DNA from: Vicugna vicugna
Lineage: Eukaryota
NCBI GenBank assembly: GCA_013265495.1
Contig: MU058531.1
Location: 248,001 to 312,000 of the forward strand
Direction of reading: 5' to 3'
DNA length: 64,000 nt
The notes under the pieces are model-generated. The model was not told where the DNA came from. It made no database searches and was given only the letters and a program-made list of their open reading frames with translations. The position numbers were made by a program, and so were the translations under genes. Positions 13,155-26,067 of this stretch are shown piece after piece (position 1 is the stretch's first letter; each line of letters starts with the position of its first letter).

Positions 13155-15049
13155 ATTTCAAGTAATCAACTACGGTTGAGTATTTATTTGGTCACCTGTG
13201 CTCTGTACATTGGCTCATCATGCACCGAGCTGGGCTCCAGATAGCATAGCACTGAACAAGGCACACACAGCTCTTTCCAGAACCCCCAGCTCAGTCCAGT
13301 AAGGGCATTAGATGATTAAATAGGGAATTACACTAAAGTGTGATGATTGTTGAGATAGGTGATGTAAGTGCATTATTGACTGTAAAACAGAAAAGGATTT
13401 AACCCAGCATTTTAAAATGTAACGTTTGCATTTCCATTAAATGCTTCTTTAATTTATTTCTTAAAATATGGACATTGCTTTTGCCAAGGAGCCATATGGC
13501 TCATCATACAGAGGCCTGATGTAGTTGAGGTGGGGCTTGCTGTGCCTCTGTCCTGGCAGCTCAGGGGGCTCCCAGAATGAAAGGACAGTGGCCGGATGGA
13601 TTCTCTTTTTTCTTTCATGCTGGAGAGGCCTCCACTGTTGAACAAGCAGGCCACCAAACCAAAGGTGGCTGCGGTCTCCAGACAAGTTTGAAGGTGGAGA
13701 AAGGGAAGAAAATATGTTCCCTTGTGTGACTATAAGCCTGAGTTGATCTGGACTTCTGATGTTTGACAGAGAGCAACAGGAACTTGCCGACAGTCTGTTT
13801 AGAAGACAAAGAAGATTTCTGCACCAAGGTCTCTGAATAAGAAAGCCTTAAAAATACTTCCTTTGAGCCTATTTTGTTTAGTGGGTTACCATGGTAATGG
13901 GCTTTTGGGAGGAATCAGTTCTACTTACACATTTTTGTGTATGTGAAAACTTTGCTCAGAATTGGATTTGATCTAGGACTTTGTCTGAGTCCTGTAGTGT
14001 GGGAAACTCAGTGTTCAATGTTTCCTAAGATCTTGGTGCCCAAATATTTTCTAAATTTTTATAAGTTACCTTGGGGCCTTGAAAGGGGCCATGGTAGGTA
14101 TAAACACAGATCCTGGTTGCTATGAAGATTTTATCATTATAATAAGTATTATTTATTATGATGACTATGAAAGTGATCAATATAAAAGTGATCAATTATA
14201 AAAATTCAGAGAAAATAACAAGAATAAAATAGTATTTATTAATATTCCCTCCCCAATGAGATAGTGATTATCACCCTCATTTTACATATGAATAAACTGA
14301 CGCTTAAAGTTGAACACCCAGGTTGATTTGGCCACAAAACCCACACACAGAACCACTCTGCTGTTCAGTTTCCAATTCTTCACATTGTCACATGACTTCC
14401 ATGGCCATTACCTTTAAACACTCTGACTGCTATAAAAGAGAATTTGTCCCAAACCTGGTGTAGGAAGGAATCTTTGTATATGATGTAATGTGCAACCTCT
14501 TTTCTGGGAAGAAATTAACATTCCCAGTAAAACACTAAAGTAATTTTCTGGTAAACATTAATGAAACAAAATCTTGTTCTAGGAAACCAGTCGCCTATCT
14601 GCCCTGGTGACTTGATACTCTACAATCTAATGTCTTTAACAGGCATTCTTTTCTTTTTGTATTTTCCTATAACATTTTCCTATAAAGAATGCATTTTTGA
14701 TCACCTTACAAGAGGCTTTTGCTCTTACAGTAAGATTGTGATAAACCATGATGGTACCCACAACTAAACAGCCTGAAGGGTTTCCACGAATGCTCTAGAC
14801 TCCATCTCTGCTGTGGAATCTAGCTTTATTATAAATCCAATGGATGAGGATCCCTTCAGCTGCCTACTGCTTACCAACTTCTTTCTGCATCTCCAGTGCC
14901 TCCTCCACCCCACCATGATTCTGTTCCTGGTTGATCTGACAGGGACACTGAGAAGGCTTGGACTTTGGCTCTATTGGAGCTTTGTCTTGGAGCATCTTTT
15001 TCTTGAAATGGTTATGAGCCACATCTCAAATGCTAAGTGCAGTTTTTTT

Positions 15050-15480
15050 TTCAGGAAAGATGTCCTGGGAGGGATGGCTCATGAGGATAAGTTTAACTGC
15101 ACAAGATCTAGCCTGGAAAAAGGGGAGGTGAATCAGGAGATAAATTCCCATCTAATCTATAAGATCAACTGTCTGATCTGGATAGCAAAAGAAACTGTTT
15201 CACCAAATCCTGAACAAAAGAGAAAGCAGCCTTCCCTGGAGCTTAATTAAGCAAGTCATCCTTAGGGTAAATAAAAGGAGATACTACTTCCTGTGGTGGA
15301 CAGTAAATCAAGAGAAATAGTATTAAGAGATTAAAAGTATTTTGATATAGTCACAGATTAAAGGACCCTGAAGTACTTGGGAAATGTTGTTCCTGAAAAG
15401 ATTGTAACCAGGGGCAAATTACAACTGTACTATTGAAGATGCTGCTGGGCAGAATGCACCATTGAGCCAGTCCAGAAAAG
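15050..15480 (+). mobile_element. probable ancient CR1/L3 ORF2 fragment
   Basis: Degenerate peptides WKKGEV, RTLKYLGNVVPE (cf. RVLKELADVIAE) and PG.NY (cf. DPGNYRP) occur in CR1 order. Confidence 0.4.
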
Positions 15481-16139
15481 TTATCATTTCTTGTTTTTGT
15501 TTTGGCTAGGGAGGGGGTTGTTTTTAATCACTTTGATAAAAATTACAGAGTAAGAGGCATATTACTTATTTAGCATCTTGCTAAATTTCCCTGTGATAAA
15601 GGAAGCAAAGCAGCTGGCCATGAAGAAGGCTCAAATAGCATTATATGTCATTCCCTAAGGTCTTCATCATCAAGGAGGTTGAAGAGTGCAGTGGCTCAGA
15701 GTTGACTTGAGAGTCTGAATCCCACCCAGCTCTGCCACTTGCCAGACTTGAATTTTTCAGCAAGTCACTTCACCTCACTCAGCCTGTTTCCTCTTATAGA
15801 AAATGGAAATATCTTCTCCATAGTGTTTCTGAAGTTACCTGCTCCTGTTTTGTTTTTGTTTTTCCTTGCATCACTTTCTCTCTCTCTCTCTCTCTTTTTT
15901 TTTTTTTTTTGGTAATAATTTTCCTATTGGAAATAACCTCACCTTAACTTTGATCCAAATAGTTCAAGTAAGACTGATCTCACAGAAGCAGCTCAAAGGG
16001 TCAGCAGGTGACCTAGACCTGGTAATAAGAGAACACTCACCACCACGATTGGTTCAGTGGTGGACATGTGCCCTGAACAAGGCCAATCAAAATCAATTCT
16101 GGGACTTTTGCTGAGGTGTTGGGGCAACCCTTCCAGGGT

Positions 16140-16470
16140 TGTGTATTAGTCAGTTGGGCTGCCATGATAAAATATCATAAACTGAATGGCTTAAACCACA
16201 GAGACTTATTCCTCACAGTTCTGGAAGCTGAGGCTTCCAAAATCAAGACGCCAGTATGGTTGGTTTCTGGTGAGGACTCTTCCTGGCTTGTAGGTGGCTG
16301 CCTCCTTGCTGTGTCCCCACATGGTGGAGAGAACAAGCTCTCTGGTGTCTCCTTCTTCTCTTACAAAGACACCAATCCTTCCTACCTCATTTAACCCCAG
16401 AAGAGTCACACTGGGGGTTCGGGGGTTCAACATATGAATTTGGTTGGGAGGGTACACAAGTCAGTCCAGT
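16140..16470 (-). mobile_element. MaLR LTR (MLT1-like)
   Basis: TGTATTAGTCAGTTGGGCTGCCATGATAAAATATCATAAACTGAATGGCTTAAAC...GTTCAACATATGAATTT is a reverse-complement MLT1. It sits amid older LTR and MIR pieces (15.7-16.85 kb). Confidence 0.85.
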
Positions 16471-18889
16471 GCAGGTTTTTTTGTGGACAGGATGTAAATA
16501 TGGAGCTAATGTCATTCATCTCCTAATAACATAGGGATAGCCTGAGAATAAAGCATCTTAGAAGAAAGTAGAGCTGAGAGAAGAAAGTGTCCGGATGACA
16601 TCATTGTGACTGTGGATCCAGTCATGTCTTTAGCTAACTATGTTCTAAGACCTCCAGGTACACAAGCCTATGCTTTTTCTTTTCCTTAAAATTTTTTGAG
16701 CTGGATTCTTGCCATTTGCAACCAAAAGATTCTTGACTTATAGTGGATTATTGGGAAGTAATATGAGATTGCACATATAAAATGCTTAACACAGCACCTG
16801 TTGGAGAGTGAGTGCTCAATAAACACTGGCTGTTTTAATTATTATTAGTGAGTGCATCAGTGACGGAGTCAAATGATTTTGGATTTTCTGAGATATCTAA
16901 TGGAAACATAGAACAACTTAATCATCTGAAAAATGGTGTGAAGGTAATTTAGAGAACTTCAAGTTTTGTGGAAACGCATTTTTGAAGGGCAGAGGGTGGC
17001 TGGACAGATTGCTCTCAGCGAAAAAGAAACAGCCCATGATTTATAACTTTTAGACAATGTGATTTGTCTTTCCAGTGAATTGAAGAAAAGGCCAGTAGAG
17101 ATATTTTAAGATGGAGAGCTGAAGTTACCGAATCAATTTAACAAAGTATGAGTAGAAGGGAAAGGAAGAAAAATAGAAAAACGTATCATGTTTCAACAAG
17201 CCATTTAGCTAGCTGAACAAACACAGAACTAAACTAGTGGTCTGGTGTCTTGGTTTTCATACTTGGTGAGACATTACACTGATGAAAAAAAATAAAACCC
17301 ATGACACCAGTTCTGTCAAATTTATTATTGACTTTCATTAACATCACTGGATTTACTTTGTTTTAATGGCAAGAAATAAATATTTTTCACTATTTTGCTT
17401 ATGGAAATATTTTCCATCCAGATCTTTTAAGAAACTACTTATATTCCATTTAAAAGTTAGATTTTGAACATTACATTTTAAGTTTAAACTGATTTCTCTC
17501 TCCCCCTCTCTCTTCCACCAAACCCCCACCCCTCCCTCTCTCTATACAGGGGAATTTTTTTTTAAGGATTCTGGTATTTTTATCTAGAGCTTAGATAACT
17601 TTACAATGCTCAGAGATGTTAACAAGATTTCAGTCTTCACCAAGTGAGGAGAAACTGACCAAATGTATGTGTGTGTGCATGTGTGTATGTGTGTGTGGAA
17701 TAAGAAATTTTGAAAGCAGTGAAAATGTATAATGATGTGTAGGGGTGGAGAACCTGGAATTGTAATTTTTAGAAGTGACTCATCTCCAGTGTTCTCTGTC
17801 GAAATGTAGAAGACTCTATAGAAGAGTCTCTAGTTTTCATAACCTCAAAAAATAAGAAAATAAATAGCAGTCCTCAACTGCTATTTCAAGAGTTGAGGAA
17901 ATAGAAAACATAAAATAAAATATCTAAAGAGTTTGGGGATGTGTTATTCTGTATCTTCACTTTTAAATTATTGATATAAAGCAAAACTTCCTGTTTTGTA
18001 CTAAGCATCCTGTTTGATGTGATAAGAATTTTCAACAGTGTGATCTAGATTTATTTTTGTTGTTGCCATTGGCAAGGACAGGATTTTTATAGAAACGTAC
18101 ATTTTGGAGCATCTTGAATTTAAAAAGCCAAAGTGGAATTGGGTCACTGACATTGAGGTGCCTAACTCCTTGAGGGTAGAACTAACATGGCCCTGATGAA
18201 ATGTTCGTGTGTCCTTCTCAGAGCTTTCAAAAGTGTAAATATGATTTTGCTTTCTGTTTAGTCCACTAGTAGAAAAGAAGGTGAATGTTTGCTTCAAAAG
18301 TTCAGAATCATGTGCTAAATTTGTTCAAAATTTGGTGTGCAGTAATAACCAAATCGATGCTTCCCACATTTATCTCCTTATAGTAAATGATACCCCAAAA
18401 AAGAAAAAATGTCTATTAAAAATGGAGCAAGGTTAGTTTATTCCTTGCCCTCAATCATTGGATAAGGATCTCTACGATACGTTAATATGTCCCAGACATA
18501 TTAAGATAGACAGCATACACATTATATTGCATGTAAAAGTGTATGTGCAGTCAAACTGTAATAATTTTACATAATAAACCTGGGGGAAAAAATCCATTCA
18601 CACAAACACAAAAAAAGATAGCATAGAATCATGTGGAGACAAGACCATCCTTATTCTAATGGAGCTTCTTGTTTGGTGGGGGAAACAGGCCAAAGATGCA
18701 AAAGGCCTAGAGAATAGAGGAAACGGACCCAAGTTAGTGACATGACATGAATTGGTGGAAACTGTGACAAACTCAAAAGAGGATGTACTGACTAATGTTT
18801 TTCAAGTTTAATGAAAAAGAAAATGCCATATGAGCCATGGACTTTGTCTGTAGGCGCTTTAGACCTATACACCACTGGAAACCTCTACA

Positions 18890-20040
18890 TTAAAGGGCAA
18901 TTGCACAAATAATTACATAGGTGGAAAGGACTATCAAGAATAGTGCGAGGTGTCATGAGGACGTGGCTCCTCACTATAATTCCCCGGGAAGTTACAATTT
19001 ATCAGTGACCTGAAAGATTAGTAGGAGTTAGGCCGGCAGTGGGCACTGGGGAGAAGAGATTTACACTGGATGTAACCATAGTCCAGATTGTGGGGTGGGT
19101 AACTAGCAAAGGATGAGTCCAAGTTGTAGGGGCCAATGGGAGACTGAATAGGCTGTCTTGAGAATTTTAAACTTGTCCTAAAATCAACAGGAATTCATTA
19201 GAGGATGGTAAACATAAGTGATTTAATCACGTGTATATTTTTATAGGAATACTCTGGTTGGAGTGTGTAGAATTGAATGGAAAGGTCAAGACTGGATGTG
19301 GAAGAAACAAGTTAGGATTCTGTTGCAATAGTTCAGGTGAGATGAGTTTGGCTTGGACCAAGTGGTTGGTGATTGAAATGGAGAGACTTTTTATCATTTG
19401 AGATCAGGAGTAGCTGTGACTGAAAACTCTGTATTATAGTAGCTTGGGCAGATAAGATGTTTGTTTCTTGCTCATTTAATTGAAGTCTGCACAGTTAGCC
19501 TAAAATTAGATTGGTGGCTTTGAATCACCAGGGACCAGATCCTTCCATCTTGTTTTTCAACATGTGGCCTCTACCTCCTGGTCCAGACAGCTGCTCTAAT
19601 TCCAGCCATGTTGTTTTTATTACAGTCAACATGAATGAGGAAGGGAACCAAAGGGTATGTCCCCTCCCTTTCAGGGCATTCCTAGAAATTACATTTGACA
19701 CTTTTAGTTACAGATCATCGGACAGAACTTAGTCACATGGCCCCATGTGGTTGCAAGGAGAGTTGGAAAATAAAATGGTTATTCTAAGACTACAGGTCTA
19801 GTTGAAAACCTAGGGTTTTATGACAGAGGGCAATGGAGACAACCAGCATCTTCTACCACAGAAATAGACAAAGCTGAGGTATGTTTTGGAGGTAAAATTT
19901 AATGATTGATTTAATGCAGGGGAGGTGAGGAAAAGAGAATGAAGTAACCTGATTTCCCCTTGTCTGACATAATCCACAGGATAAGTGGTAGTACCTTTTT
20001 GAATATGAAGAAAAGGAAAAACGGGCAAGGTTGAGGCAAA
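18890..20040 (-). mobile_element. L2 fragments with an old MLT1 LTR (~19410-19850) nested
   Basis: L2 motifs (GTTGCAATAGTTCAGGTGAGATG) flank the MLT1 motif GAACTTAGTCACATGGCCCCATGTGGTTGCAAGGGAG. Confidence 0.55.
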
Positions 20041-20169
20041 GATCTAGAATTAATTGGCTGCTGGGAGCATGTCTACCCATGTCTGCCCTGAGCATTATAG
20101 GGAAACAATTTATCTGGTTTTTGTTGTTGTTGTTGTAGTACCCTATCAGATGTGCTCTATGATCACATA

Positions 20170-22080
20170 GGCATGTGAGTGTCAGCCTGTGTATGATCTG
20201 TGTGTATACACACTGACTTAGACTCATATACATGCACATACATTTCTAATTTTATTTTTATGAAATGGTAGTGTTCAATCACATCATTATATACCTTGAA
20301 TTTTTCACTAATGTATCTTGGAGATATTTCCATATAAATGTATGAAGAGATGCCTTACTATTTTTAACCATTACAGAATATTACATTGTATAGCTATGCT
20401 GTAATTTAACTAGTCCCTAAGTTGTTTCCAGTTGGTTCCTATTATGAAAAATGCTGAAATACTGTAATGCATCTCTCTATACATATATCATTAACACATG
20501 ATTGAACATAACTAGGGAATAAATTCCTTTAAGTAAAATTGTTGGGTTCAAAGTCCTATGCATTTAAAATTTGGGTATGCCTATTTCACTTCATGGAGTT
20601 TTCAGCAATTTATACTCCCACCAGCAATAGGAGTATAAATTAGAATGCCTGTTTTCCTATACTCTTGCCAACTCAATGTGTTGAACTTTCTGATCTTTGC
20701 CAAGCACATAGCTTTAAAAACTTACACTTAGATTTGGTTTCAGTTTGTGTTTTTCTTACTATGAGAGAGATCTAACATGTCAAATGTTTAAAAATCAGTT
20801 TTATTTACTTCTCTAAATATGTTTTCAATTTTGCTATTACATTGTTAATCCCTTTTTTATTGATTCCAAGTGATGTATTAAAGAGGTTATCTGCTTTGTT
20901 TTGCAAATATTTTCCTTAGTTTATTCTTTTGTTATTTTTTCTTCACAGTAAATTCCTGTTTGTAAGTTAAATTGCATTATTATTTTTATTGAGATATAAT
21001 TGACATATAACATTTATTAGTTTCCAGTGTACAACATAATGATCCAATATATGTATATTTGGCAAAATGATCATTACAGTAAATCTAGTTAACGTCCCTC
21101 ACTACACATATTTACAGATTTTTTTCTTGTGATATAACTTTTAAGATCTACCATCTTAGTGATTTTCAAATAGACAACACACTGTTATTAACTATAGTCA
21201 CTATTCTGTACATTACATCTCCCAGGACTTATTTATAACTAGAAATTTGAACCTTTTTACCCTTTTCACCCATCTCACCCACCTATTCCTGCCCCTTAAA
21301 CCATCAATCTAGTCTCTGTATCTAAGACGTTTTTTGGGAGGGGGAGGTTCCCACATATGAGATCACATTATTTGTTTTCCTCTGACTTATTTTACCCTAA
21401 AATAATACCCTCAATGTCCGTCCAAATTGTTGGAAAATGCTAGGATTTCCTTGTTTTTTACGGCTGAATATTATTCTATTTAATTATTATTAACAGCTTC
21501 TTGTTATTATGTAGATTCAATATGGGTACTTTACAGTACTTTCAACCTTATTTTGCTTTCCATACTAATTTTTCAAAACATGCTCACACCATGCATAGTA
21601 TTTAGGTACCTACTTTTAATTTCACTTAATAATGAAAGTCTTTCTATGTCATTCACTATTTCAAAAAACCATTTTTAATGGTTGCATGTATTACTTTGTC
21701 ATCTGGAGGTGCAATAATTTAACCAATCCCCTTCTCTTGCTTAGGGGTACCAATATTTAGCTACACATTCATGGTAATTTCCTTAGGATAATGTCTTGAA
21801 ATAAAACTCGCAGGTCGCAGCGCCAAAGTCCCTCCTGGCGCTTCAAGGCCTCCCGCAGCTCCGCCGGGCTCTGCGGTCCCGGGGGCTGGGGGGGTGCGGG
21901 CGAGGCTGCAGGACGATGCTCGGCCCTTCCGCGGTCCCGCCGCTCGCGCGCGCCCATCACGGACCATTAAGGATATTGATTTTTACCAAACCGCCATTTA
22001 GAAAGCCAGTCACGACTTGGATTTCTATTAGAAAGAAATCCAAATATTTCGGGAGAAGAAGTGGTTCCTTATTTCGGTAC
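20170..22080 (-). mobile_element. old L1M 3' fragments with a younger L1 3' end nested at ~20980-21480
   Basis: L1M 3' motifs (GGAATAAATTCC...GTTGGGTTCAAAG; TTTATACTCCCACCAGCAAT) and an L1MA-type end (TTTTTATTGAGATATAATTGACATATAACATT). Confidence 0.75.
21809..21962. promoter_or_regulatory. small CpG-dense patch (candidate CpG island or promoter)
   Basis: About 150 bp, very GC-rich with many CpGs (GCTCCGCCGGG, CCGCGGTCCCGCCGCTCGCGCGCGCCC), set in AT-rich L1M sequence. Confidence 0.5.
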
Positions 22081-23159
22081 CTACTTTGCAAATTATATTA
22101 TATAATACCGACTCTTTCTTTTCTTCCACCTCCATACTCCTGTTAGTGAACATAAAATGTGTTAATAGTCGTTCAGCATATCTCCTAAGGTGTTAAAAGG
22201 GAATATGATTCATGTGGAGAAGGAATAAACATTCCTCGTAGATAAAGGGACATATGGGACTTCATATCTTTTAGGGGGAGAGGCTTAGGGTGTTTTCAGT
22301 TGTACCAAGAATAGCTGCTTTATCGTAGGTGAAGGCTAGGTTTTGCTATAGGGGGTTGGATGTGGCTAGAAGAGGTGAGTAAGAAGCCAGTTTGACAAGG
22401 GGTGGACAGGGGCCTAAGGTGGATCTACACTTCCTTCATGGTTGCATGTTAGAGTTGGCCAGGACAGATATTTGTGCGAGACCTGGAAGCTGGCAGTGAA
22501 GCAGAAGCCATTATTCCCTGCAGAAGTGTTTAGATGCAGTGAGAGGCAGAGACCAGTGTGCTAGCAGTTTCTTGTTCTTGTTCTCCTTTGTTTTGCCTCC
22601 AGCTTTTTCCTCCCAGTCTGCCCTGCTCGGGAACCCAAGTACACCATCAGATGCAGAGACATCTGCATCCTAGGGCTTCTTACACCTCCCATCTGTGTCC
22701 CCTTCTTAGAGCTGGATGTGCTGTTCCCCAGATTTTCCTGCAAGTTCTGAGTTTCCCCTCACATGACTACTTCAGGGGGGCTTTTCTCCGCTCCTCTCCC
22801 TCCTCAGTCTGGACTTGCCTTCCTCATCGCCTCCCATCACTGTGTCAGGTCTCATTCTGTAAGTTATTAGACCATAAACACTGGGAAGGCAAGTAGGGTG
22901 TCTGTTTTGTTTGCAGCTCTAGCCCCAGTGCCTGGATCCTGGAAAACATTCAGTAAACATTTGTTGAATTAGTAAAAGACGTAATGCATGTGTTTGGCCC
23001 ATAATTAGCACACAATGGATGATAGCTCTATTATTCATCCTGTACCCAGATTCTCAAATATGAGGGTGTGGCCTAAGAAAGAAGGTACCTGAGCAACTTG
23101 CTTTTACTATTTGGCTTAAAACGTTTATTAGAGAAAAAGACATTTTTATATTTTGGACA

Positions 23160-25920
23160 GCATCTGAGGTTTCCTGGGTCTCTAAATTCAAACTGCCTTT
23201 TGTGCTGAAATCTCTTTGAGATACAGGGGTGGTCTGGTGTCTCACTGCTTGCTGATACCTTCATCATAACTCTTCTCTGCTGTTCCTGGACTTTTTTCTT
23301 CAGTATGTTAACATCAGCAGAATTTGTTTCTTCCTTTACTTCTGTAAAGTGGCAGGATTCCTTTAAACACTCATTTTATGCATAACTAAGTATTTATTCA
23401 TGTCTGACAGAAAAACCATTCGCTTTTGTGTTGGTCAGAGTATCTTTTCTCTGTTCCTTATTTCCTTTTAAAAATCACACAGCTCAGCCATCCCTGGATG
23501 AGTACACAGCATTGTGGTATGACATGTCGTTTTTGGAAAGTTGTTATGGACTTTAAAGAATCCATTGAAAGACACATTCTGAATTTTTTTGGGGGGAGGG
23601 ATGGTAATTTTCTGTGATAGATTTTCAAGTATCTTTAAGGTTTTTTTAATATAATATATCCTACCTAATATGTGCTGTTTTAGCAGACTGTAATAGTTAC
23701 TCATAAAATATTATGTTATGTATTCTCTTGTTTTGCTCTTTCCCCAGTGTCTTGTTCTGGAGAGGTTATATATTAAGCTATTTCATATTCTGCCATATTG
23801 ACTATAATGTACTGGCTGCTTCTGGCACTTCTGTTTGATTAGATTGAACATTTCCCACTTTCCTCATTTTCGATCATTTTCCTCTTTTCGAAATAGCTCT
23901 CTTCATCCACATCATGTTAGAATTTCACTTTGGCCTCACAATCTGCTCAATTTCTTTCACGTCCCATGAGCATGTCTTTCATGGGTTCTAAGTGTTCTAA
24001 TATGCAATTCAGTCATTTTTGCACTTAAACGTTTACAAATTTAATACGTAGAAAAATAGAAAATTCTTCAAGTAATGTAGATTGACCCTCAGCAATGCTT
24101 TTAGTTCCTTTAATTTTAATTTTATTCAAGTAACATATGTTCTCCATCCTGAAATAGAAAAATTATGTGTCATAATGCAAGCCAACACCCTGTTCTCATC
24201 CTTACCACCACTGATTCTCCTCAAAGGCAATAGCTTACATCTCTTTTAACTCTTTCATCTATTTACCTTCACATTTCTGTCACGTCTCTTTCACTAGTTC
24301 TTAATTTTTCAGCGTATTTCTTTTCTATTTCCTTCCAACTGTCGAATATGAGTTCTCTTACAGTTGGGCACACATCCCCTTCTCCCGTCTTCTTAATCTA
24401 GAAATATATACATATTTTATCACATCAATTTTCAGTACTTATTTTGACAATGTATTGTTCACAGCTGATCTAGTATATGTTAAGATTACATCTCCTTTCT
24501 TGTAGACTTTTTTTGGTCTTTCCTTTACTATGTATTGTCTTAATTTTTCTTTGCTTAGTTTTTTCTGTGTATTTATCACTAATCCTTTCTGCCAAATTCT
24601 GACTGAAGTCTAAATCACCTTTCCATATGTTCAAATAAAGTCATCCAATTTCTTTTCTCTTTTCCCTGGAGGCCAGGGCCCCATTATGAGTTTTGTAGGT
24701 CCTAGGCAGTTTTCCCTTTGTGAACCCTTTCCTCCATTAAAAAAATAAAATAAAATTATATTTTACAGCTGCATTGAATGTAATGAATGTAATCTAGACT
24801 GAATATATATATGTATGTATGTGTGTATGTGTATGTATGTGTATATATATATATTTTTTTCACTCTTAAAATGTTCATCCTGACTTTAAAAGAAATGAAA
24901 AGGGAAACATTTTTGTAAATTCCTAAAAGTGTTGCGGGCCCTTGGCACTTGTCTGCTGCGCCTGGTGGATGAGCTGGCCCACTGATGGCAGCCCCGGCTC
25001 CTGGGGCCCTCCTTTCTCTTGCTCCAGTCTGGACTTATTCTCTAGGCCCAGACATCTCCTTTTACCTTCGTCCTGACAATTCCTCTCATTTCTCTCACAT
25101 ATCGGATTCTCTGTTTTTTTAGATTGCATGTCTTTCCCCCCCTGCATTATTCCCTCATTTTGGTGGAGTGCAGCTTTCAAAAGGTTCCTGAGAAATGGTG
25201 TCTGGGAAGTACATGTACATGTCAGATCAAGGCCTCAATCTACCCTCATAATTGGTTGATTGTGTGGCTAGACATAGAAGTATAGGTTGGAAATAATTCA
25301 TCTCCTAAATTTTAACTGCATACATAATATGTCATTGTAAGGAATTCAAAAACATAGAAACAAGAAAGTAAAGGTAGCCTGAAAGCTGCAGCCTAAATTC
25401 ACCCCCAATATTCAGGAAGCCCTGTGGACAAGAGGCCAGAGGGTCTGTCTGGTGTGTAGACTCTCCCTTGTTCCCGTGTTTTCAGCACAGCCTTACTGCC
25501 TACAGGGGAGGCTGGGGCCCCAGAGTCCAGGGCTTTGTTGAATTAACATCTCCAGGGAGTAAAAGTCTTGGGCCAGTGGGGAGGGGGTGTGGGCTTCCAG
25601 CCACTCTGTGTTCAGACTTGCAGTGACTCCCTTGATTGTTCACCCACCGGATCCGGCACAGGGTCCCTGATGCCCCCAGTGCAGAGCTTTTGAGGGGCTG
25701 CACAGGGCAGAGCTTGCTCACACTGTGCCGCTGCTGGCTTAGGATCTGGCTTTCTCACATTTGCAAAAAAGTTACTACTCACACACATGCATTCTTGCTT
25801 CCAAGATTTTATTGCCATTGTCTCCCTGCCACTTCTGTTTATCCTTGTGGTTTCACCTTTTACTCTAATCCCTTTATTATCATTTCAGGAGTTATAGGAG
25901 GAGAGTGGAGGCAAATGCTC
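23160..25920 (-). mobile_element. fragmented old L1M/HAL1-like sequence with a hAT-Tip100-like DNA transposon at ~24674-24985
   Basis: T-rich L1/HAL1-like tracts (TTGGTGGAGTGCAGCTTTCAAAAGGTTCCTGAGAAATGG). The internal element starts CAGGGCC and ends GCTGGCCC. Confidence 0.45.
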
Positions 25921-26036
25921 TTGTTCATTTTTTGATAATTAGTGGGAAGTATCTCATAAAATTCTTATGCACATTTTTACACACTAAGTTTAATCTAGTG
26001 CCCTAGAACACTTAGAGCAGAGTAACTATTTTGCTG

Positions 26037-26040
<4 letters not shown>

Positions 26041-26067
<27 letters not shown>
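26041..26067. repeat. (TG)n microsatellite
   Basis: Directly visible dinucleotide run. Confidence 0.95.

Noticed and set aside
14813..15250. 145-aa ORF as a gene
   Set aside because: No recognisable cellular protein or splice structure, and it partly overlaps a probable CR1 relic.
16850..17150. Possible small coding exons with GT/AG boundaries
   Set aside because: No consistent open frame across the candidates and no recognisable protein.
18001..18297. ORF with a faint hAT dimerisation-like motif (MYVSIKILSLPMATT)
   Set aside because: The following conserved ERSFS motif is absent, so the similarity is too weak to call.
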